Positions 25,760-32,000 of a stretch of DNA of 32,000 nucleotides are shown piece by piece. Position 1 is the first letter of the stretch; each line of letters opens with the position of its first letter. Under the pieces are notes generated by a model, which saw only the letters and a program-made list of their open reading frames with translations, searched no databases and was not told the origin of the DNA. The stretch is from Candidatus Methylomirabilis limnetica (GTDB lineage Bacteria > Methylomirabilota > Methylomirabilia > Methylomirabilales > Methylomirabilaceae), in assembly GCF_003044035.1 (NCBI RefSeq), contig NZ_NVQC01000023.1:109301-141300 (forward strand), given 5' to 3'. Both the position numbers and the translations under genes were made by a program.

Positions 25760-26147
25760 GCACCTGATTGTCGGCGGGTATGCGCTCGCCTTTCACGGCG
25801 CACCACGTTTCACCGGCGACCTTGATATCCTCGTGAGGCCTGATGCGGCCAATGCTCAACGCATCGTCACCGCACTCGAGGCCTTCGGCTTCACCTCCGT
25901 GGGCCTGACTCCAAACGATTTTGAGCACGTGGATCAGGTCATACAACTCGGTACACCTCCTGTGCGCATAGATCTGATCACCTCGATCACTGGTGTCTCC
26001 TGGGACGAGGCGTGGGCAGGCAGGACCGCTGGGCGCTACGGGGATATTCCGGTGTACTACATTGGCCGGGCACAGTTTATTGCCAACAAACGTGCGACTG
26101 GTAGAATGAAGGACATCGCGGACTTGGAAGTGCTCGGGGAAGCGTAA
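25701..26147 (+). CDS. Nucleotidyltransferase-fold protein (MNT/AbiEii-like, possible toxin-antitoxin component)
   Basis: FRELLALFSAHRVEHLIVGGYALAFHGAPRFTGDLDILV (GG..hG..R.T.DlD NTase motif) and C-terminal FIANKRATGRMKDIADLEVL. Confidence 0.7.
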   Translation: METQPDFRELLALFSAHRVEHLIVGGYALAFHGAPRFTGDLDILVRPDAANAQRIVTALEAFGFTSVGLTPNDFEHVDQVIQLGTPPVRIDLITSITGVSWDEAWAGRTAGRYGDIPVYYIGRAQFIANKRATGRMKDIADLEVLGEA

Positions 26148-26247
26148 AGCCAAGTACATACTATGCGCTAAAAACCCAACCTCTACCCACACGAGACCCG
26201 AAAGAACCGAATATAGATTAACAGCGCAACCCGTTTATTGGCCTGTC

Positions 26248-26401
26248 GTAACTGCTCAGGTAGATAGACTGAAGGCTGAAGGCTTTTAGGGGTAAGCCGC
26301 GTGATTATTTAAAACCCCGAGAAGGTCTTGAGGGGCTCGATTCGTGTCTTATGAGATAATTTAGAGCCTTCAGCCTTCAGCCTAAACACCTGAGTAGTTA
26401 C
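26248..26401. repeat. MITE-like element, core type A, complete copy (AGATAG end on the left)
   Basis: GTAACTGCTCAGGTAGATAGACTGAAGGCTGAAGGC ... GCCTTCAGCCTTCAGCCTAAACACCTGAGTAGTTAC. Confidence 0.85.
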
Positions 26402-26486
26402 AATCCGAGATATCATCTGAGAAAAGGCGCTGGAGCGTTTATACGCTCGTGTAAGGGACGATGCGCCACACTGGAGGCTCTTTCAC

Positions 26487-27125
26487 GTGCTACACAGGCC
26501 CAAGGGAAAATCCCTCATGTTTGCCGCGACCCTGTTACTGCTTCAGGCAGCCTCTTTAGGGACGGGTGAGTCAGCAACCACTGGACTTACGGCAGGTGAA
26601 TTAACCAGGATGGAAAAGGGTGGCGTGGTGGTCAAGACAGATACCTACCCCACGGGGGACGGCGCGCGCGGCGCCAAAGTCAAAGCCTACTGCATCATTA
26701 ACAAGCCACCGGACGTCGCGTGGGCGGTCATGCTGGACTATCATAAGTTCGACGAATTTATGCCGCGGCTCGAGAAGGTTGAGGTTCTGGAAAAGACAAC
26801 AAGCACCATGAAGGTCACCGAGACGGTTCGCGTTCCGCTCGGCGTGATCAGCTATACGATCGATCTGATTTTTACGCCCGCGCAGAGGACAGTGAACTGG
26901 ACGCTGGATAAATCGAGGAAACACGATATCGCGGAGACGTTCGGTGCGTGGGAGATCCTCCCGTATAGACAGGATAAGACCATTCTTCGATACACAACCA
27001 CCTTGAACAGCGGCTTCTTTGTCCCCAGGTTAGTGGAAGAATTCCTGATCAGGAACGATTTGTCTGATGCGCTGTTGGGCCTGAAGCAGCGCACCGAATC
27101 CGACGGGACGTGGAAGAAGAAATGA
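26487..27125 (+). CDS. Secreted SRPBCC (polyketide cyclase/dehydrase-like, lipid-binding fold) protein
   Basis: Signal peptide (MFAATLLLLQAASLG) and KAYCIINKPPDVAWAVMLDYHKFDEFMP, typical of Polyketide_cyc2-type domains. The start is GTG at 26487 or ATG at 26517. Confidence 0.6.
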   Translation: MLHRPKGKSLMFAATLLLLQAASLGTGESATTGLTAGELTRMEKGGVVVKTDTYPTGDGARGAKVKAYCIINKPPDVAWAVMLDYHKFDEFMPRLEKVEVLEKTTSTMKVTETVRVPLGVISYTIDLIFTPAQRTVNWTLDKSRKHDIAETFGAWEILPYRQDKTILRYTTTLNSGFFVPRLVEEFLIRNDLSDALLGLKQRTESDGTWKKK

Positions 27126-27161
27126 GACGTGCGTAGCAGTCGCACCGCCTTTGCGGCGCCT

Positions 27162-28373
27162 CTACTCGACGTAGACGATTAGCTGCACGCCCATAAGGAT
27201 CACGAAGAGAGCCGGAACCAACCCCCACCAGCGTTGTTTCATAATCCCTAACGTTCCCATGAGATACGTCATACCGGCAAGGAGCGCGGTGACCCCCTCG
27301 GTCGTGTGAGGCGAATTGGCTCGCCCGACGTAGTTGAAGTTGCTGATCGGATGCAGATGGAATAACAGGGTCACCCCTCCCATGATGGCGAGCCACGGAA
27401 AGATCATTCCCCATATCGAATGAGAGAGTATACGGCGCGCCCGCAGCCATTCCACAGACCCCATGGCGAGGACGATGATGCCGGAGAGCTTATGCTCGAT
27501 GGCCTCCCGGTCACCCAGGAGTTCGGTCAGCGTCTTTGGGCCGAACGGCCAATACTCCGGGTCGCTCCGGTAAAGGATAAACATTGCTACGCTTAGCGTC
27601 AGCAGAGGCCATAGATGGGCGAACCTGGACTTCTGACCTCCCCAGAGGGCGGAGCCTGTCATCGCCATACCCATGACGAGTACCAGCCATCCGGAAAAGT
27701 GATGGTTAAAGTTCGAGAACTCCGTATGCGCTTTCCATGTCTCCCAGCTTCCCGCTTCGTCCGGCGGGATCGTTCGATCATCGAACGGGGCCAGAAGAGG
27801 GTTCATGCTTGCGAACAACCCGTACGGATTCGGGTACCAGATCCAGAGACGGATAGCCCACATGTCCGGATACCAGGCAGTGAATGAGCTTTTCGTCTCA
27901 GGATGAATCTGAGGGCAGCCTTCTCGGGATAGTGATCGATATTCCTGCCAGTCCGCATAGCGACAGATCGCCAGGCTCCGATCCCAGTCTATTCCGGTAA
28001 ACGGGCTCTCGGCGGGACGGGCTCCAGCGGCTGTATATTTCAGCGCAACCAGTTGCCATTGCCCCTGCCTCTCGGTGTAAAGTAGTGTGGAGGGGTGGGC
28101 ATAATCAATTTGCGTGATACCTGCCTTGTAAAAGTGGTAGCCTTCTAACGGCACATTTCCCGATATCTGCACGTACCCATCCGCTTTCGCCTGCTCCAGG
28201 TCCTGATACCGCGAAGTGGACGTCCGAATATCGGCGAGAAGTCTCGCGAGGGCGAAGTCCTTTTCCGGCTCCTTCGCGTACCAGTGCCCATGATTCATAT
28301 AATAGTCAGAGCCCCAGGCCAGGCCACCGGCCAGCAGCGTGATGACCACAAACGCGATGAGTTGTCTCTTCAC
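27162..28373 (-). CDS. Hypothetical membrane protein: periplasmic N-domain plus a His-rich 5-6 TM C-domain
   Basis: Signal/anchor MKRQLIAFVVITLLAGGLAWG and a soluble part of about 210 aa. The TM helices carry conserved-looking His residues (NHHFSGWLVL, FAHLWPLL, EHKLSGIIVL, LLFHLHP, SPHTTEG). I do not recognise the family. Confidence 0.75.
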   Translation of the reverse strand: MKRQLIAFVVITLLAGGLAWGSDYYMNHGHWYAKEPEKDFALARLLADIRTSTSRYQDLEQAKADGYVQISGNVPLEGYHFYKAGITQIDYAHPSTLLYTERQGQWQLVALKYTAAGARPAESPFTGIDWDRSLAICRYADWQEYRSLSREGCPQIHPETKSSFTAWYPDMWAIRLWIWYPNPYGLFASMNPLLAPFDDRTIPPDEAGSWETWKAHTEFSNFNHHFSGWLVLVMGMAMTGSALWGGQKSRFAHLWPLLTLSVAMFILYRSDPEYWPFGPKTLTELLGDREAIEHKLSGIIVLAMGSVEWLRARRILSHSIWGMIFPWLAIMGGVTLLFHLHPISNFNYVGRANSPHTTEGVTALLAGMTYLMGTLGIMKQRWWGLVPALFVILMGVQLIVYVE

Positions 28374-28456
28374 GTACCCTCCTCCTTGTCAGCCGATCGA
28401 ACCACGGCAACATCCCCGCTTCATATTCCCCGCCGGATGCCGCCTCTAAGCCAAAT

Positions 28457-28573
28457 GGTCTTCATCCCCGCGAAGCTTGTCCCCGCATGCTTGAAACGGG
28501 GAGCGGCAATCCAGAGAGGCGCTGGATTCCCCCGTATCAAGTACGTGGCAGGCTTGTCAAGCCCGGAATGACA
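28457..28573 (-). repeat. Hairpin-rich repeat family R2, copy c (variant second half)
   Basis: The reverse complement reads GTCATTCCGGGCTTGACAAGCCTGCCACGTACTTGATACGGGGGAATCCAG.., matching 2220-2270. The second half has the same hairpin architecture with different sequence. Confidence 0.7.
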
Positions 28574-28596
28574 CCCAAGCACAGAGATACAAAGTT

Positions 28597-28661
28597 GTCA
28601 TTGCGAACGAGGTGAAGCAATCTCGCAGATTGCCACGCACCCTGCTGGTGCTCGCAATGAC
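28597..28661. repeat. Nested-hairpin repeat module (perfect 10-bp inverted repeat)
   Basis: GTCATTGCGA (28597-28606) ... TCGCAATGAC (28652-28661), with the inner stem GCAATCT-cgc-AGATTGC. Confidence 0.7.
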
Positions 28662-28729
28662 AGAAAGAAGCTAGTGATTGTGCAGTCTATCGCTGTTCTT
28701 GGGTAACAAACTGTCTGCTGTTCGCCGCA

Positions 28730-30055
28730 TCACGACACCGTTTGATTCTTCGCGAAGAGGATATAGGACCTTGCTCGGCCCTCACGGATGGCCTGCTCGA
28801 CCAGGGCCCGAGGCTCCTTCGCCTTGACTCTTGGCAGGATCGCCTCGAAGAACTGGATGTAGAAATCGTCTGGCACCACGACTACGGAGGCACGCATTGT
28901 GAGCCCCGCCCGGTCGATGGTTCTCGCGTAGCGAACAGTACGGCTTTTACCGGACGCAATCCTGGTGTCAAAGAGTTCTTGTGTCAGATCAAGCGTGACC
29001 TCTCGCCCGATCCGTTCCTCTTGCACACTCTCATTCACCTGCTTACCATCCGTATCTACTAACTCCCATCGGACTATGATCTTCGGCGTAACGTAGGTTG
29101 GGACATGATGCCCAACCCCGGTATTAGCCAGCGTGATTTCAGCCTGAACTTGCTCGCCGACCTGGTAGCGCTCCTTATTTACCGAAAGACGGACGGATAC
29201 GCCTTGCTTGACCATCTCAGGATCATGGATCCCCCGCCATAGATGCCGCCGCTCCGGCATATGGCAGCCCTGACAGGTCATCCCTCCCAGCGCATACGGC
29301 CCCTCTTTCCATTCATTATAGGTGTTTTCGAGCAGCTTACCGTTCAGGGCAGACCCACTCGGCTCGAACTGGTGGCACCCTTTGCAGAACTCGGATCGCT
29401 CAAAGGCCGCCGTCCTGATGGCGCCGGCGTGGGGGAGCTGTGCTACCGGAGCGGAATTCTCAATCGAGCCGTCCCGCTTTGGCGGCCCGAAGCGCTGGTG
29501 CTTCCGAACATGGCACCCGGCACAGGTCAGACCCTTTTGCTGCAGCGAGGCCGAAAAGGCGCGGTTCGTTTTGAACTTCAACGCGGTGCTGCCCCAGACC
29601 CCTGACGCGCTCGGCAATGGCGTCGCAACGGCGCGGCGCTTCTTGAACAGAGAGGGGGAACCACCGCCTTTCTTCACGACCTTCTCCTGCTGCTCGGTGA
29701 GAGGAGCATGACAACTGTAGCAGAGGATCGCCATATTGGGATCACCATGGATAAACTCCATCGTCTGGCCTATCACGCCCGGCCCCATACTTTTACTGTG
29801 GAGGCTGCTGCTCCAATCCTCGTACTGAGTTCGATGGCAGACGGCGCAACTTTCCGGGTCAAGAGATGCCTCTATCGACGAGAAATGGGCGGGCGGCTTA
29901 CCTTGAGGCGGGATGGGCGTCTGCCAATGGCGCGTGAGAAACTCAAGCTGCGCGTCGTCATCGGCAGCGGGTGGCGGGTCTTTCATCGCCCATGCGCCAA
30001 CCGAAAGCCCCAGGCCTGCGATCACGACAGCGGTATACAGAAGAAGCCGTTTCAT
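28730..30055 (-). CDS. Secreted pentaheme c-type cytochrome
   Basis: Five CxxCH motifs (CAVCH, CYSCH, CAGCH, CKGCH, CQGCH). Signal peptide MKRLLLYTAVVIAGLGLSVGAWA from the ATG at 30055. The 77 upstream codons of track ORF 28730-30286 are read-through of repeat R2 (..ALWIPASAGMTNSRQ..). Confidence 0.85.
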   Translation of the reverse strand: MKRLLLYTAVVIAGLGLSVGAWAMKDPPPAADDDAQLEFLTRHWQTPIPPQGKPPAHFSSIEASLDPESCAVCHRTQYEDWSSSLHSKSMGPGVIGQTMEFIHGDPNMAILCYSCHAPLTEQQEKVVKKGGGSPSLFKKRRAVATPLPSASGVWGSTALKFKTNRAFSASLQQKGLTCAGCHVRKHQRFGPPKRDGSIENSAPVAQLPHAGAIRTAAFERSEFCKGCHQFEPSGSALNGKLLENTYNEWKEGPYALGGMTCQGCHMPERRHLWRGIHDPEMVKQGVSVRLSVNKERYQVGEQVQAEITLANTGVGHHVPTYVTPKIIVRWELVDTDGKQVNESVQEERIGREVTLDLTQELFDTRIASGKSRTVRYARTIDRAGLTMRASVVVVPDDFYIQFFEAILPRVKAKEPRALVEQAIREGRARSYILFAKNQTVS

Positions 30056-30064
30056 TCTCGTCGA

Positions 30065-30208
30065 GGGTCGATACCCTGCGGCTTGCCGCGAGTTCGTCAT
30101 ACCGGCGGAAGCCGGTATCCAGAGGGCCCGACTGGATTCCGTGTCAAGCACGGAATGACGGGCCAGTACAGAAGTCGATACCCCGTAGCTTGCCGCGGGG
30201 TAGTTCAT
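30065..30208 (-). repeat. Hairpin-rich repeat family R2, copy d (long form)
   Basis: The reverse complement is nearly identical to 10237-10382. It fills the gap between the TlpA-like gene and the cytochrome gene. Confidence 0.8.
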
Positions 30209-30224
30209 CGATGGCGCCCACTCC

Positions 30225-30893
30225 TTACCTCTTGCGGGGCGTCTTGCCGGCGTCCAAAAGGATTCCGATGAGCCTCTGAGCATCATCTCCCGCCCAATCC
30301 CTCGGCCCGATGCTCCCAGCCACGACCTTCCCGTCGCGATTGATCAGGAGCCGGGTTGGCGTGGCGCGAACCCCGTACAGGTTGGCGACGCTTGAGCTGG
30401 TGTCCACAAGAGCGGGAAAGGTGAGCTTATGCTTGAGCACATAGTTCCGGACCTGGTCGGGCGGCTCGGCGATGTTCACTGCGAGCACGACGAAATCGTT
30501 CTTCTGAAACTGCTGGTAGAGGCGCTCGAGTGAGGGAAACTCCCTCAGGCAATAGCCTCACCAGGTTGCCCAGAAGGTCAGGAAGACGACCTTTCCACGC
30601 TGGTCAGCCAGCCGGACCGACTTCCCTGACACGTCCTGGAGTGTAAAGTCGGGAGCAACCGATTCGTTTCGGAGCTTAATGAACCCGAGGGCTTCCAGGG
30701 AACTATCTATGGAGACGGTTTCCTGACCAGCGCCGACAGAGATAACCGGGGAGGCGACGAGCATACAGCCGAGTAAAAGAACGGCCACCCACCCAGGGCT
30801 CTTTCTTGAGAGGTGTCGGTTTATCTTCACTGCCTTACTCTCACTTCTTGCTACCCACTGTCGCTGGTCTTGCGCCAGCTCTGAGCCAATCAT
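30225..30893 (-). CDS. TlpA/ResA-like membrane-anchored thioredoxin-fold oxidoreductase with in-frame UGA (probable selenocysteine, UxxC active site)
   Basis: Track ORFs 30558-30893 and 30225-30488 are in the same frame. The first ends ..[10 protein letters not shown] at TGA (30560-30558). The read continues [28 protein letters not shown].., giving WATW-U-GYC where this family has W-C-x-x-C. An anchor helix ([13 protein letters not shown]) is present. Confidence 0.7.
30531..30547 (-). promoter_or_regulatory. Candidate bacterial SECIS mini-helix
   Basis: The mRNA reads UGA GGCUAUUGCC UGAGGGA-GUU-UCCCUCA. This is a perfect 7-bp stem with G and U in the apical loop, 17 nt long, starting 10 nt after the UGA. 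Confidence 0.55.
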
Positions 30894-30902
30894 AGTTCAT
30901 AA

Positions 30903-31058
30903 GTAACTACTCAGGTGTTTAGGCTGAAGACTGAAGGTTCTAAATTATCTCGCAAGGCCCGAATCGAGCCATTCAAGATCTTTTCTGAGTTTTCTTTGAT
31001 CACGCATGACTTACCCCTAAAAGCCTTCAGCCTTCAGCCTATCTACCTGAGTAGTTAC
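30903..31058. repeat. MITE-like element, core type A, complete copy (GTTTAG end on the left)
   Basis: GTAACTACTCAGGTGTTTAGGCTGAAGACTGAAGG ... GCCTTCAGCCTTCAGCCTATCTACCTGAGTAGTTAC. Confidence 0.85.
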
Positions 31059-31118
31059 AATACCCCCGCCCATGAAGGCTGGACAGGATCATTTTCCACT
31101 TCAGCTCGTTTTGACAAC

Positions 31119-31158
31119 GCAAAAGGGACCCACCGTGATAAAGCAAAAGGAACCCACC
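31119..31158. repeat. Two 16-bp direct repeats, candidate IS21-type multiple terminal repeats
   Basis: GCAAAAGGGACCCACC (31119-31134) and GCAAAAGGAACCCACC (31143-31158), 15 of 16 identical. Confidence 0.45.
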
Positions 31159-31418
31159 TCTGTTCAGTGATAGTCGGGCCTGTGGGAAGCATGGGAAAGC
31201 CGGAGGCTTTTCCATGCTGCGGTCGAAATCCGCACTGGTTGCGGGTCGTTACCACAGCGGGACGCTTCACAGGCCTGTCGCCTTCCTTCCGTTTGATACC
31301 TTGAGACTCTCGCACCAGAATCTCTCGCACTAGGATCGCCCAGCAACAACGATCGATGAGACGACCCTCAGCTCGTTCGTAGTGTCACGCCCCGCCGCGT
31401 CGATCCATCGGATCAGGA

Positions 31419-32000
31419 TTAGGTAGTAGCCACAACACGAGGAGCAGGCTTGTGAGCCAGGCTCTTCTGCTTCAGGCTGTCCGTGAATCGGATACTCTCC
31501 CAGCCGAACTCGTGGATCGCACAGTGATGGGTGAGCCGATCCAACAGGGCCGCCGTGAGCGAGGCATCGCCGAAGACGCTCGTCCAGTGCGCAAAGGCCA
31601 GGTTCGACGTCACGATCATCGACCCCTTCTCGTAGCGATCTGAAAAGACCTGGAACAACAGTTGGGCCCCCTCGGCAGAAAAGGGGATGTAGCCAACCTC
31701 GTCGATGATGAGGAGCTCATAGCGCGACAGCCTGGCTAACTCGCGCGTGAGCTGCCGCTCCTCTCTCGCCTCGATCAGCGTAGTGGTCAGGTGCGCAGCA
31801 GTCGTGAACAGCACCCGATACCCCTTACGGCAGGCCTCGACACCCAAGACCGTGGCCGCATGCGTCTTTCCCGTACCGTGCTTCCCTAACAGGACCAGGT
31901 TCTCCCGCCGGCTGATGTACTGACACTCAGCGTACGCGCGCACCTGGGTGACCTCGAATCCCGGCCACTTGGTCAGGTCCGTCGTCTCCAGGGTCCTCAG
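31419..32000 (-). CDS. istB: IS21-family helper ATPase IstB, 5' end beyond the window
   Basis: Walker A LLGKHGTGKTH, Walker B LLIIDEVGY, and SMIVTSNLAFAHW..LLDRLTHH. The frame stays open from 31943 to 32000 (..LRTLETTDLTKWPGFEVTQV..). Confidence 0.88.
   Translation of the reverse strand: MRTLETTDLTKWPGFEVTQVRAYAECQYISRRENLVLLGKHGTGKTHAATVLGVEACRKGYRVLFTTAAHLTTTLIEAREERQLTRELARLSRYELLIIDEVGYIPFSAEGAQLLFQVFSDRYEKGSMIVTSNLAFAHWTSVFGDASLTAALLDRLTHHCAIHEFGWESIRFTDSLKQKSLAHKPAPRVVATT

Larger units (their letters stand above)
31112..32000 (-). mobile_element. IS21-family insertion sequence, istB-side end (continues beyond the right window edge); left boundary approximate
   Basis: An istB gene, plus two sub-terminal 16-bp direct repeats (31119-31134 and 31143-31158) of the kind IS21-family elements carry at their ends. 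TGACAACGC at 31112 is a possible terminus. Confidence 0.5.

Noticed and set aside
27126-27161. Possible bidirectional terminator between the convergent SRPBCC and membrane-protein genes.
   Set aside because: Only 4-5 bp stems (GTGCG..CGCAC, CCGC..GCGG) and no U tract on either strand. This is too weak to call.
30056-30286. N-terminal 77 codons of the 518-aa track ORF, and ORFs 1964-2362 and 29971-30279, considered as real coding sequence.
   Set aside because: They are read-through of repeat family R2. The same nucleotide repeat occurs in non-coding contexts on both strands, and a canonical signal peptide starts at the internal ATG at 30055.
30558-30560. The TGA in the TlpA-like gene as a simple nonsense mutation (pseudogene).
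   Set aside because: Not fully excluded, but judged less likely. The stop sits exactly on the catalytic Cys codon, the downstream frame is intact for 111 codons with family-typical sequence, and a SECIS-sized hairpin lies at the expected spacing.
31185-31260. tRNA-like T-arm (TGCGG-TCGAAAT-CCGCA) preceded by a long hairpin. I considered tRNA-Sec or a tRNA 3' fragment because a selenoprotein gene is nearby.
   Set aside because: There is no complementary acceptor 5' strand (CAACCAG) and no anticodon or D arm in the upstream 90 nt on either strand. The region lies inside the presumed IS21 end.

Overview
Chromosomal segment of a moderately GC-rich bacterium; hand-counted 60-nt lines mostly give 55-70% GC. 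Most genes are housekeeping or transport genes on the minus strand. Left to right they are: a partial secreted alpha/beta hydrolase that is missing from the ORF track, an HpnD/CrtB-like squalene/phytoene synthase, a DUF3105 protein, PpsR, a short ArgA-like GNAT, a hotdog thioesterase, a KimA-like APC permease with two TrkA/RCK genes, an alpha/beta hydrolase, gpsA, lgt, a YHS-fused alpha-glucan phosphorylase, a TerB-like protein, pyruvate kinase, a Ca-type P-type ATPase, nhaA, a lipoprotein cytochrome c, two paralogous CBM48 mini-proteins, a nucleotidyltransferase module, a secreted SRPBCC protein, a His-rich membrane protein, a pentaheme cytochrome c, a TlpA-like thioredoxin and a partial IS21 element (istB). 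The two CBM48 genes bracket a low-GC SPFH gene and an ISAzo13-like transposase remnant. Four things are not explained by the gene list. (1) A very dense family of 140-177 bp inverted-repeat MITE/REPIN-like elements: 6 complete copies and 3 half copies, several with 8-bp flanking direct repeats. One inverted pair brackets a two-gene segment, and two half copies enclose about 0.8 kb of low-GC phage-like mini-genes. (2) A second, hairpin-rich repeat family that creates false ORFs and a false N-terminal extension. (3) The TlpA-like gene, split in the ORF track by an in-frame TGA at the first Cys of its CxxC motif. A 17-nt hairpin lies 10 nt downstream, so it is probably a selenoprotein with a bacterial SECIS. 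(4) A copy of the lgt promoter, leader and first codons that forms an orphan transcription unit closed by a strong intrinsic terminator. No rRNA, tRNA or CRISPR array was found. All assignments come from reading motifs by eye; no database search was possible.
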